A DNA stretch of 64,000 bases from Escherichia phage vB_EcoM_phAPEC6. Numbering within the stretch: the first letter of the stretch is position 1; each line of letters begins with the position of its first letter. This document shows positions 28,128 through 37,353 of this stretch, piece by piece. The notes under the pieces are model-generated. The model saw only the letters and a list, made by a program, of their open reading frames with translations, was not told where the DNA came from and searched no databases. The position numbers and the translations under genes were made by a program. The stretch is from the sequence record MK817115.1. One strand, 5' to 3'.

Positions 28128-29095
28128 TTTGGGCTATAACCACTTTTAATTTTGGAAATTACTTTCTTCTCGAAGAACTTACGTGCTTCTTCAATAGTTT
28201 CGAATTCTTCACCATCAGTAGTACTGGTTTTACCAATAGCACCGTACTCAATAATTACTTCACACACTGGAGCATTCAATTCAATATTATAGAATTTGTT
28301 TGAAGAACCGTGAACATATTCCAAATGAACATTATCAGGAATGTTCTGTACATAATCATAGTTCTTGAAGATAATATCAATCATATTTTCTTCGCCGCGA
28401 TCAGGAAATAGTTCAGTATTATTCAGTACTAAACGCTGTGCAGCACGGAACATATCAAAATATTGTTCGCCTTTTTTCAGTTCTTTTGTATCAGAACAGA
28501 AATGACCATAATATTCTACATAATCATTCCAAGGATAAATTCCTTCATCAGCAGTTTCAAAAACGTAAGTTTCATCTTGTGGAACTTTAAAACCACGAGT
28601 TTTTGGATGAGAAATTAAGCACAGTGAAATATTATGACCGATATCTGAATCATCAGTAATACTACCACCAACCATATGAACAACATTTTTAATACGTTCA
28701 AAATCTACATCTTCAATTTCATGATACATTAAATGTTCTTCAATATTACTTACTAGTAATGAATTACCATTTCCGGCATCGAATTCAAAAATGAAAAGTT
28801 CTACACAATCTTCTTCTTTCATTTCAATAGTATCACTGAGTTTAATATACTCATTTTTTAATTGTTCAATATTTTCATGAGAACCAAAACTATAACGTGA
28901 ACTGATATAACTACTACCGTCCAACCATCCCATATCCCAAGGTTCTTCTGACATGTATTCTGAGCTATAGAAATGAGTCAAATCATCTCTCTGAGTACAA
29001 ACCGTAAGAGAGCGAACATTATTAAGACCTTGAACTTCAAGATTCAGTACTGTAGTATTGCCAATTTTTTGTTCAGAAATAATTTTAGTTTTCAT
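28124..29095 (-). CDS. hypothetical protein
   Basis: 323 aa ORF. Confidence 0.5.
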   Translation of the reverse strand: MKTKIISEQKIGNTTVLNLEVQGLNNVRSLTVCTQRDDLTHFYSSEYMSEEPWDMGWLDGSSYISSRYSFGSHENIEQLKNEYIKLSDTIEMKEEDCVELFIFEFDAGNGNSLLVSNIEEHLMYHEIEDVDFERIKNVVHMVGGSITDDSDIGHNISLCLISHPKTRGFKVPQDETYVFETADEGIYPWNDYVEYYGHFCSDTKELKKGEQYFDMFRAAQRLVLNNTELFPDRGEENMIDIIFKNYDYVQNIPDNVHLEYVHGSSNKFYNIELNAPVCEVIIEYGAIGKTSTTDGEEFETIEEARKFFEKKVISKIKSGYSPK

Positions 29096-29139
29096 TTAAA
29101 ATACCTATTGAATTGATTTACGCCATTTGGCTAGTTTAA

Positions 29140-29185
29140 CATTCATGTAAGTAAGGAACTCACGTTCCATCTCTTCTGAACTCAT
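29140..29185 (-). repeat. degenerate duplicate of the 3' end of gene 29227..29877
   Basis: About 75 percent identity to 29255..29300; encodes SSEEMEREFLTYMNVKLAKWRKS vs gene C-terminus SAEEVEREFITRVQIALFQSKK. Confidence 0.4.
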
Positions 29186-29226
29186 ATTATCGCATTGCAA
29201 AGCGAACATGTCAAGTGTACATCATC

Positions 29227-29877
29227 CTACTTTTTCGATTGGAACAATGCAATCTGTACGCGTGTAATGAACTCACGCTCTACTTCTTCAGCACTGTGTC
29301 CTTCATATTGTGTCTTGAAAAGTTCCATTGCTTTTAGTGCCATCTGTACAGAAATGTCTGTAATACTTTCAGTACTGGTACTTTCAAATACATTTTTGAG
29401 GCTTAGTTCATCATCACTAACAACATTAACTTCAACTGGGGTGTTGTTTTGTTCATCAATGTAACGTAAAGCTTTGTACTCTGCTTTTGTTAGATTTTCA
29501 TACCAACGTGGGTGGTGGAACAAATCATGCATTGTAACTTTTGCTGCTTCCATGAGAAGTAATAGCTCTTCATTTCGGCGAATATGTTTTTCTTCACCTT
29601 TATGATTTTTGTAAGTATATGCACAACGCATAATGGCTAATCGAACTTCACCTGCTTTGGTGATAGTGTATGAATGTATTGCATTATCATAATCACTTTC
29701 CCATTTCTGACCAGCATATTCGTACCAAAGTTCATTAGTTTCCCATTTAATGAAATCAAATTCTAACAAACTGTCAATCAACTTAGCCAAATTACCACTG
29801 TACTCACGGCTAATGATATTGAAACCACCATTGTACTTTGCAAGGTACAGAATCTTTTCTTGAGTTACATTTTTCAT
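29227..29877 (-). CDS. hypothetical protein
   Basis: 216 aa ORF. Confidence 0.45.
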   Translation of the reverse strand: MKNVTQEKILYLAKYNGGFNIISREYSGNLAKLIDSLLEFDFIKWETNELWYEYAGQKWESDYDNAIHSYTITKAGEVRLAIMRCAYTYKNHKGEEKHIRRNEELLLLMEAAKVTMHDLFHHPRWYENLTKAEYKALRYIDEQNNTPVEVNVVSDDELSLKNVFESTSTESITDISVQMALKAMELFKTQYEGHSAEEVEREFITRVQIALFQSKK

Positions 29878-30215
29878 TACATGTAATCCTTGATGTATTT
29901 TAGCAGTTTAGATTTCTCTTCGGTACTTAATGATTTCTTGTTCATTAAGTGTTTCATTTCTTGACGTTCAATTTCTTCACATCTTTTAGATTCAGCTTCA
30001 ATTCGTGTATTATATTCTTCGTCAGTTTCTTCTCTGGTCCAAATTACATTGTATCCATGAAAACCGCCGTAACCACCGTCGGGGGAAAGACTAATGGGAC
30101 CGTTATATTCAGCACGATACTTATTAAGAGTGTCAATAAAGGTATCAATGCCACACGGTTCAATTTCAATATAACCAATCACTACAGTAACGTCAATTTT
30201 GTTCATAAAGTTCAC
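29877..30215 (-). CDS. hypothetical protein
   Basis: 112 aa ORF. Confidence 0.4.
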   Translation of the reverse strand: MNFMNKIDVTVVIGYIEIEPCGIDTFIDTLNKYRAEYNGPISLSPDGGYGGFHGYNVIWTREETDEEYNTRIEAESKRCEEIERQEMKHLMNKKSLSTEEKSKLLKYIKDYM

Positions 30216-30233
30216 CTATAAAATTAGGGAGCA

Positions 30234-30791
30234 TTAGCTCCCTTTGTATTGATGTTTACGTTTAGTACTGTATTTCCAGCCAGTACTGTGTCTTGTTCTG
30301 ATATCGTCCCAATACGATGGTAATGAACGCATCTTACGTCTTCCACGTATTTCAGGTTCCCCCTCATCCTTCAGTACTGCACAAGCCATACGACGCTCTT
30401 GCTGAGTCTTAGGACGCTTGTATCGGGAGTGGTTATGTTTGTACATATACGAACGCTTATGTCGCCATTCCTTATCACGAGCTTTACGTTTATGTTCCCA
30501 GTACTCATTATAGAGTATCATGTATTCACCCATAAGTAAATCAGGAGATACAAGTAATCCTTTTTCAGTACAAAGATAATAACCCACAAACTTTTCTGGA
30601 AACATTTCGTAATAGAAACGGTTCTTCCAAAATGTTTCACGATTCTTTTTGTTGAATTCAGCTAAATCGAATTTCATCTTACTGTGGAAACGGTCTATAC
30701 CGTCATGTTCCGCAATGTACTCTAACAGATTATCAATAATCTCAACTTTACCAGAATCGTGATACAACGTAAATGTTTGGTCAAAAAACAT
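30234..30791 (-). CDS. hypothetical protein with basic C-terminus
   Basis: 185 aa ORF; Arg/Lys-rich C-terminal third. Confidence 0.45.
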   Translation of the reverse strand: MFFDQTFTLYHDSGKVEIIDNLLEYIAEHDGIDRFHSKMKFDLAEFNKKNRETFWKNRFYYEMFPEKFVGYYLCTEKGLLVSPDLLMGEYMILYNEYWEHKRKARDKEWRHKRSYMYKHNHSRYKRPKTQQERRMACAVLKDEGEPEIRGRRKMRSLPSYWDDIRTRHSTGWKYSTKRKHQYKGS

Positions 30792-30885
30792 ATGAAATCT
30801 CCTTTAAGTTAAAATAACCTAATGGAAAGTCATTCTTCCTTTAATACATGTTCTCATGATTTGTTCCTTTTGTCAAGATATAGAT

Positions 30886-30913
30886 ATAAAAAATCCCTGC
30901 CAAAAGACAGGGA
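30886..30913 (-). terminator. terminator-like hairpin
   Basis: Stem CCCTG/CAGGG flanked by A-runs on both sides; downstream of 31018..31206. Confidence 0.3.
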
Positions 30914-31017
30914 CGAAAAACTGAAATAACACATGGAGTTCTTTTTAATTTAATAAAAAGTATTATTATTCTTATAAAAGTATTTATTAAGAACTCCACA
31001 ATATGGCTTCAAATGAA

Positions 31018-31206
31018 TCAAAAACCTTTCTGAGCTACTAGTTCACGGTACTGTGCACGAGTTAGTACACCTTGTTTGCGTAGAGCTTGTAGACCGGATA
31101 GGGTTTCACTCTTACGTTGTTCGTACATACGTTGTTCTTTAGATTGAATAACTTTCTCTTTCTTAACTTTTGCTACTGGTTCTTTTTTCTTAGGTTGTTT
31201 AGCCAT
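31018..31206 (-). CDS. small basic protein
   Basis: 62 aa, Lys-rich N-terminus. Confidence 0.4.
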   Translation of the reverse strand: MAKQPKKKEPVAKVKKEKVIQSKEQRMYEQRKSETLSGLQALRKQGVLTRAQYRELVAQKGF

Positions 31207-31237
31207 TTTATATCTCCTTCTGTATTATGATAACAAC

Positions 31238-31271
31238 ATTATATCATGTATGGGACATTATGTCCCATACA
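31238..31271 (-). promoter_or_regulatory. perfect 12-bp palindrome abutting an extended -10 element (operator-promoter candidate)
   Basis: TGTATGGGACAT-T-ATGTCCCATACA at 31247..31271; minus-strand TGATATAAT at 31238..31247, about 30 nt upstream of ATG 31206 with GGAG RBS. Confidence 0.35.
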
Positions 31272-31274
31272 ATA

Positions 31275-32714
31275 TTACATATTTTCTTCAGCAAATTCTG
31301 CAAGTGGTGAACGAACAACACCTTCTAGTTCGATGACACGACAACCTGCCCAATCTTTAAACTTCTCAGTTACATATGTCAAACCACTGTTAACAGGACT
31401 AATAAACTTACTGTCAATCTGACTCAAGTTACCCATAATTACTACTTTACAGTTTAATCCTGCTCGTGTCAAGATTGTTTTGGCTTGTGCAGGTGTAATG
31501 TTTTGGAATTCATCAACTACTAGAATAGTGTTGGTGAATGAACGTCCACGTACAAAGTTTAGTGCTTTAAATTGAATAACATTACGTTTCATAATCTCTT
31601 CAATACTACCTTGAGGGTTAGCATCATCTTTATGAAGAAACTCTAACGCGTCAATTGCGGCTCCACAGAATGGAATCACTTTTTCTGCTTCTGAACCTGG
31701 CAAGAAACCAATATCTTCAAACTGTGAGTCTTGAGTTTTAGAGAAGATGATTCGGTCGTATTTACGTTTTTCCAGTACTAATTCTAATGCAGTAGCAATC
31801 GTAATTAGTGTTTTACCAGTACCAGCAGAACCTAGCAGTACTGTTAGATGTACATCAGGATCGAGAATACTGTTGATGGCGAGTGCTTGTTGGATATTCT
31901 TTGCTTTAATATCCCATACTTTAGCACGTAAAGCTACTGATTGTCCAATATCTTGGAATACCAAAATATCTTCTGGTGTTAGTGTTCCATCATCTTCCTC
32001 AATTGCTGATTGACCTTCGTACACAAATAATACGTCTGCATCATCATATAGATAATCACCGATGCATAGATTTTGTGGGAGCAAATGCTCAATCAAGCTT
32101 TTGGAAATGTAATGATACAAACGACGACCAACTTGTTCGGATTGAATATTAGTATTGGTTAAGTTGCTGTATACTTCCCAAAAATTGATTTCCAAATGGT
32201 GTTGACCAATGTGAATCAAATCACTATCACCAATAACAATATCATGGCGATAATCTTGTACCTCGACACCATAACTTAGTGCTTTGATACGCATGTTGAT
32301 ATCACGAGTTACCAGTACTGATTCTGTTGCTAAAGCTACCAGAATGATTTTATCATCAGGTACTGTGCTTTTGAGAAGGGTTTGAACTTTCTCTTCTGAA
32401 CCTTTAGTACGAATTAGTGCTTCAGCTTCTTCGTTTGTAATAACAAACAATTTGCTATCAGGATTCATATTGGTATGAACATCAGCAATATTAACACCAG
32501 TACTACTAATCTCATCATGTGATGCATCTGCAATAATTGCTTCAATGTTACGAATAGCAACACGAGCATCGCGTGAAACATCTACATTACGACTCTTAAT
32601 TGAATCCAATTCTTCCAGTACTGTAAATGGTAGAATGATTGCAGCACCATCAAAAGCAATAGATGCATTAGGGTCAGATAGTAGTACGTTTGTGTCAATT
32701 GTATATTTTTTCAT
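31275..32714 (-). CDS. phoH: PhoH-like ATPase with N-terminal PIN domain
   Basis: 479 aa; Walker A LGSAGTGKT, Walker B VVDEFQN; N-terminal PIN-like acidic residues. Confidence 0.8.
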   Translation of the reverse strand: MKKYTIDTNVLLSDPNASIAFDGAAIILPFTVLEELDSIKSRNVDVSRDARVAIRNIEAIIADASHDEISSTGVNIADVHTNMNPDSKLFVITNEEAEALIRTKGSEEKVQTLLKSTVPDDKIILVALATESVLVTRDINMRIKALSYGVEVQDYRHDIVIGDSDLIHIGQHHLEINFWEVYSNLTNTNIQSEQVGRRLYHYISKSLIEHLLPQNLCIGDYLYDDADVLFVYEGQSAIEEDDGTLTPEDILVFQDIGQSVALRAKVWDIKAKNIQQALAINSILDPDVHLTVLLGSAGTGKTLITIATALELVLEKRKYDRIIFSKTQDSQFEDIGFLPGSEAEKVIPFCGAAIDALEFLHKDDANPQGSIEEIMKRNVIQFKALNFVRGRSFTNTILVVDEFQNITPAQAKTILTRAGLNCKVVIMGNLSQIDSKFISPVNSGLTYVTEKFKDWAGCRVIELEGVVRSPLAEFAEENM

Positions 32715-32774
32715 AAAACATCCTTGAGTTATGAGTACATCCTTGTACTCGACTAATGTTATTGACTCGGATTA

Positions 32775-33077
32775 TTACATATTTGGTTCGTATTCAACAT
32801 AGCAACGTGAACCTCGAACCTTTTCTTCCCAGCACTCCTGGTAAACAAGTTGACCAATTGAAACTGGTTCTCTTGATAGTCCATTACGTACTTCACCATT
32901 TTGGGTTTTATACATAAATGAACATTTGGACTCGCTACATTGTCCTAAACTAACAACTTCTGCGGTATTGTAGTGAATGTTGGTACGCTTAGTGTTCTCG
33001 TGATACTGTCCGAACCAAAGAACTCCTGCACCTAACAGAACAGTACAAATAAGACTTTTGATGTGTGTTTGAATCAT
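32775..33077 (-). CDS. hypothetical secreted/membrane protein
   Basis: 100 aa; N-terminal hydrophobic segment LICTVLLGAGVLWF. Confidence 0.4.
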   Translation of the reverse strand: MIQTHIKSLICTVLLGAGVLWFGQYHENTKRTNIHYNTAEVVSLGQCSESKCSFMYKTQNGEVRNGLSREPVSIGQLVYQECWEEKVRGSRCYVEYEPNM

Positions 33078-33394
33078 AATGAGTTAAATCCATTGTTTAA
33101 GTATGTTTCAATATTAATTTTACCAACAGGATTACTACTGTGAACAAAGTACTCAAACGGTTCTTTAATATTATTATCAAACATATAATCAATAAGAAAC
33201 TTAGCAAAAGAATATCCAGTCTTTTCGTCTTCGCTCACATCACCCAAGTCATGGTCGAATGATACAAATGCTGGAATTCCATTTTCAATAACATATTCAC
33301 ATGCACTTTTAAAGTCACGACATACCACCATATCTTGGTTTGGATAATATAGATTTGCATCACGAATATCATCCAAAAACATTGAGTAAGACAT
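33074..33394 (-). CDS. hypothetical protein
   Basis: 106 aa; FLDDIR...SFDHDLG motifs, function not identified by eye; co-oriented with Nudix and Sir2. Confidence 0.4.
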   Translation of the reverse strand: MSYSMFLDDIRDANLYYPNQDMVVCRDFKSACEYVIENGIPAFVSFDHDLGDVSEDEKTGYSFAKFLIDYMFDNNIKEPFEYFVHSSNPVGKINIETYLNNGFNSL

Positions 33395-33403
33395 GTTAAA
33401 CTC

Positions 33404-33955
33404 CTATAGATAACTAATTAGTAAGTTTTCTTTTTGAACCAGATACTCCAATTCTTGTCTTGCTGTACCGATGAAGTTCTGTGTCATAAGATTATTATAT
33501 CCCGCTTCTCGATTTTGTCCCTTAGAATAACGAGAAATATGACATAAATTTACACCAGCAACTTCTGCACTTGCATGTTTAGCATTAGTGTATCCATCTC
33601 TAATGTGTTTCAACTCGTCATAGGTTACTTCATAGCTAAAACTGTGACTGTTTGCACCTGGGTAAATTTCAAAAGTTTTGAGTGGTCGAAGATGGGAAAC
33701 AAAAATATTGTAATCCATTTCTTCTTGAACTTCACGACGCAACGCATCTTCTAGTGAGATATCAGTACTTTCTACGGTTCCACCACATCCACCAAGAAGA
33801 CCATCCCATCGTAATTGCAGTAATACTAAATTTACTTCTGGTATATCATTCAACTCATAGTTTTTGTAAGGGTTGCATTTTCTTGCAAAGAAATAACAAA
33901 ATACAAAATTTGCACGTGTGCCATATTCACCAAAGGGAACTTCTTTAACACTCAT
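33404..33955 (-). CDS. Nudix hydrolase
   Basis: 183 aa; Nudix-box-like GGTVESTDISLEDALRREVQEEMDY (REUxEE core present, spacing and final Gly atypical). Confidence 0.55.
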   Translation of the reverse strand: MSVKEVPFGEYGTRANFVFCYFFARKCNPYKNYELNDIPEVNLVLLQLRWDGLLGGCGGTVESTDISLEDALRREVQEEMDYNIFVSHLRPLKTFEIYPGANSHSFSYEVTYDELKHIRDGYTNAKHASAEVAGVNLCHISRYSKGQNREAGYNNLMTQNFIGTARQELEYLVQKENLLISYL

Positions 33956-34710
33956 TTCATACGTTCCTTAATTATAGTCTCTAGATGCGGTATTGCTTTG
34001 GTTGCTGGCTTGATAACTTTTTCATTAAACAAAAAATCATTATCATTTTTACGAATGTTAACATTAACACTATAACATGGTAATGCTGCTGCTAATCTCG
34101 ACCATACCAGTACTGTATCGCTACTACCAATTACAATAACTGTATCATTTTCATTAAGAGATTTCAACACATTATTTCGTTCTTCGTAAATTGGTAAGCG
34201 AATACCATCAACATAACGATGATATTCTCCAATCATTACTACATTTGGTTTAGCAAAAACATCATGTTTTGGTATGTATGGTTCGTATCCGCAGTTAATA
34301 ACATTATAATCATCGGAATTGATACTATAATTTTCAATAACTTCGCACAAGTTTCCATGAAGTTTAAGCTCATGACCACCAATACGAGTATAAAGATCGT
34401 CCATGTTAGAAGTCATATGAAGGAAGCAATCACCATATTGATCTTCTAACGATTTTATAAAATAATGCATTGCATTCGGTTCGCATTGTCCCAATTTTAC
34501 ACGTAATGTATTATAGAAAGAATGAACAACATGATATTTTGTAGTTAAACTAGCAATGTTACATACATCATTAATTTTAAATGTATCCCACAAACCATCA
34601 TCAAATCGAAAAGGTTCCATACCACTTTCAACAGAAAGTCCTGCACCTGATATAATCAGTAATCGCTTTTTACCTTCATTGCTTATAAATTTTTCTGATA
34701 TCATATTCAA
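33952..34710 (-). CDS. Sir2-family NAD-dependent protein
   Basis: 252 aa; sirtuin motifs GAGLSVESGMEPFR, HG, GSS; no obvious Zn ribbon. Confidence 0.55.
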   Translation of the reverse strand: MNMISEKFISNEGKKRLLIISGAGLSVESGMEPFRFDDGLWDTFKINDVCNIASLTTKYHVVHSFYNTLRVKLGQCEPNAMHYFIKSLEDQYGDCFLHMTSNMDDLYTRIGGHELKLHGNLCEVIENYSINSDDYNVINCGYEPYIPKHDVFAKPNVVMIGEYHRYVDGIRLPIYEERNNVLKSLNENDTVIVIGSSDTVLVWSRLAAALPCYSVNVNIRKNDNDFLFNEKVIKPATKAIPHLETIIKERMK

Positions 34711-34907
34711 TCCTTATAAAAAACAATTAAATATATTGATAATAACAGAATGATTCCAATATGATAGGCATACATAAAATTATTATCTTTGTGATAACCA
34801 TTGGATTTCAAGTCCCTATATAAGCATTTAGCATTGTTATAAATTACAACAATAGAAAAAACTATAAAAAAACTCAAAACCCATTCATAAATTGTGTATG
34901 CCATCAT
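34707..34907 (-). CDS. small membrane protein
   Basis: 66 aa, two hydrophobic helices. Confidence 0.35.
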   Translation of the reverse strand: MMAYTIYEWVLSFFIVFSIVVIYNNAKCLYRDLKSNGYHKDNNFMYAYHIGIILLLSIYLIVFYKD

Positions 34908-34934
34908 CTATTCTCTCTTATAATATTAGTACTT

Positions 34935-35528
34935 TTAATATTTTAAAACATCAAACTCTTCGCTTACGCTTGTTACATTATCACTAACAATTTTAAAAAT
35001 TGATTTGATACGTTCGTGTAGTGGTTTTTTAGATTCGTTCTCAACTTCAATATATGCTTGCATTGCTGCAATTGCATGATATGTCCCACTACCTACTGCG
35101 GTAATTCTTGTTTTAGGTTGTAGTACTGAAAAGTCTTCTTGAACTTCATAGATTGTATGATTGTGGAGAATGATAAATTGTCCACCTCCTACATCTTGTG
35201 ATGCATCTCGTGCACCCCATTCTTCTTTAAACATTTGACGAATAATTGGAATAACTTTAAGAACCAAATATTGTGAAAATGTTTGACTAGCATCTTGTTC
35301 AGGTAAATTAAGGTTATAATTTAACAACTGACCCATACGAAATGATGTAGTATAACCCAATGCCATTACTTCTTTAGTTCTAGTTAGTCCATCATCATGT
35401 AACTTGATAAATTCTTTCTCGAATACCTTTGGCTCAGTTTGAACAGTTTTTGTAAATCCATTGCTTCCTAACTTATCCCCAGCAATAAAAGAACTTACTC
35501 CGTCAGTGTGTGCAATAATACAGGTCAT
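34935..35528 (-). CDS. HslV-like Ntn-hydrolase peptidase
   Basis: Start moved to ATG 35528 (MTCIIAHTDGVSSFIAGDKLGSNG resembles HslV MTTIVSV...VIAGDGQATLGN); AVGSGTYHAIAA resembles HslV GSGSPYALGAA. Confidence 0.45.
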   Translation of the reverse strand: MTCIIAHTDGVSSFIAGDKLGSNGFTKTVQTEPKVFEKEFIKLHDDGLTRTKEVMALGYTTSFRMGQLLNYNLNLPEQDASQTFSQYLVLKVIPIIRQMFKEEWGARDASQDVGGGQFIILHNHTIYEVQEDFSVLQPKTRITAVGSGTYHAIAAMQAYIEVENESKKPLHERIKSIFKIVSDNVTSVSEEFDVLKY

Positions 35529-35785
35529 AAAATAGCTCCAATTGCAAATAATGTTGTGTATAAGATATAAATTAGTGCTCCTAACAACATTAGGCACACC
35601 AAGTATGAAGTTGATAGTACATAATAAATTATTGCTTCGAATTTTGAATTGAACTTCATTGTAGTTGAATCAATAAAGCCATTACGATAATCTTTGTAAA
35701 TGAAAACTGTTAGAAAAATAACTGTAGCATACATTACTACAGTAGCATAAAAAATAATAGATGTCAAGTTTTGGATGTTTGTCAT
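35525..35785 (-). CDS. membrane protein
   Basis: 86 aa, three hydrophobic segments. Confidence 0.4.
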   Translation of the reverse strand: MTNIQNLTSIIFYATVVMYATVIFLTVFIYKDYRNGFIDSTTMKFNSKFEAIIYYVLSTSYLVCLMLLGALIYILYTTLFAIGAIL

Positions 35786-35855
35786 AGTTATATAATCTCA
35801 ATATAATTAATAACAAAGGAAGTACATCATAATCATCCTGTTATTTTAATTATTT

Positions 35856-36479
35856 TTATTGTTTGACTGAACCGTAAAAAACCAGTTCTGGTTTTGTTAA
35901 TATTACAACATCTTCACCACGAGAACGACTAACTCTAAATAGAACTTCTGGTGGGATTCCATTTGCTGCATATAGTGAAAAAAGGAAACCTACCTTTGTT
36001 GCCATTTCTTCGGTAAAAGTTGATAACTGTCTTACAGACACAAATGAATTATCACCATCAGTAACATTACTTTTAATCGAAATGTTATGAAGACCCAGTA
36101 CTGAGCGATTTGTCATATATCGCTTTTCGGGAGATACACTAAAGAATACCACAGTACATGCTGAATTGCAATACCTAGAAACAATTAAATTTATCCCATT
36201 GTCTCTAACAAAGTTTGCCATTCGAATACCTGCATCAAAATCACCACCAGGAGATGTAATTGTGATGGTATCATAGTGTTCTTTATCATACAACTCTATC
36301 ATACGCTTGAGTGACCCATCTGTAATATCTGATATGAAATATACATTTCGGGTTTCAGGATTATACTTTATCACATTTTTACTTTCAATACCAGCACTGG
36401 CTGGAAAATTTATTAACAATAGAAACATTGCTGCTTGTATCACTTCAAGCCATAGTCTTTTCATATAACAAGTCCTCAA
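35856..36479 (-). CDS. secreted ClpP/SppA-fold serine peptidase-like protein
   Basis: 207 aa; signal peptide; ITSPGGDFDAGIRMANFV matches the ClpP-fold SPGG motif; start may be the internal ATG (MKRLWLEV). Confidence 0.45.
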   Translation of the reverse strand: MRTCYMKRLWLEVIQAAMFLLLINFPASAGIESKNVIKYNPETRNVYFISDITDGSLKRMIELYDKEHYDTITITSPGGDFDAGIRMANFVRDNGINLIVSRYCNSACTVVFFSVSPEKRYMTNRSVLGLHNISIKSNVTDGDNSFVSVRQLSTFTEEMATKVGFLFSLYAANGIPPEVLFRVSRSRGEDVVILTKPELVFYGSVKQ

Positions 36480-36500
36480 TTTTGTTTAGGAAGATATAAA

Positions 36501-36529
36501 TAATATAGTACTTAAACACTTAAGTCAAA
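36501..36529 (-). promoter_or_regulatory. sigma70-like promoter (TTGACT-N17-TATTAT) for 35856..36479
   Basis: Reverse complement of 36501-36529 reads TTGACT, 17-nt spacer, TATTAT. Confidence 0.3.
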
Positions 36530-36689
36530 CTTTTTCTGTACTTAACTCAAATTTTTAAAAATAAAACTTAAGGTGTACAGTTTATAACAGATCATATCAT
36601 ACCACTGATGTTTTGTCAACTAGTTCATGGTGCATCTGATGTAAAAAACAAATATATTTCATACTTATATTTAAAAAAGGAAATAAAAT

Positions 36690-37067
36690 ATGAAAGCTAT
36701 CGCAGCACAAGGTAAACTACCATTCAATATCGGCGGGTTTTGTGTAACCGCAGCTAATATAAACGGTGAATTGAAATATAACTTGAACATCTTTAATCAA
36801 CGTTCTAGTTGTGTTTACGATCTCATTGATACTGATTTTAATGTTTATCGTTTTGTAACTATCACTAGTTATGATAAAGATAAAATTAGATTAGATGCAT
36901 CTAAAACAGCATTGGAAATTGCACCAACTCTAGCCAAAAATACTTTTTGTATTAAGATTGACGATAGTGCATTTGCTGAATCATTCCAGTTTCATAAAAT
37001 TAAATTGAGTACTGGGGCGATGAAATATCACCCTTGGGATTTGTATTATTGCAACCTCCCAGGTTAA
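36690..37067 (+). CDS. hypothetical protein; only convincing plus-strand gene in the window
   Basis: 125 aa; RBS AAGGAAATAAAATATG; followed on plus by hairpin and T-run. Confidence 0.5.
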   Translation: MKAIAAQGKLPFNIGGFCVTAANINGELKYNLNIFNQRSSCVYDLIDTDFNVYRFVTITSYDKDKIRLDASKTALEIAPTLAKNTFCIKIDDSAFAESFQFHKIKLSTGAMKYHPWDLYYCNLPG

Positions 37068-37098
37068 CAAAAAAGGAGCCTTGTGGCTCCTTTTTTTA
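37066..37098. terminator. bidirectional rho-independent terminator
   Basis: Stem AGGAGCC/GGCTCCT, loop TTGT, A-run before and T-run after on plus; sits between the plus gene and the convergent minus gene. Confidence 0.55.
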
Positions 37099-37353
37099 TT
37101 CTACAGTATTAAGCTTCTGACAAATCATATCAGCTTCTACTCGGTCTTTATAATAAATGGTAAATCCAAATCTACTTGTTACCCTTTTCTCACTACGGTG
37201 TATACAGTTTACAATATAGTACTTATTATTTTGTGCAGAAAAACGAACTTCATAATTTCGAAAAGAAGTATTAGGTTCATCCATAGCAACTATATATAAC
37301 ATAAAAATAAAAAACACTGTTATTAGAAAAGCAATAATAATTATTACTGTCAT
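37096..37353 (-). CDS. small membrane protein
   Basis: 85 aa; N-terminal TM helix. Confidence 0.4.
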   Translation of the reverse strand: MTVIIIIAFLITVFFIFMLYIVAMDEPNTSFRNYEVRFSAQNNKYYIVNCIHRSEKRVTSRFGFTIYYKDRVEADMICQKLNTVE

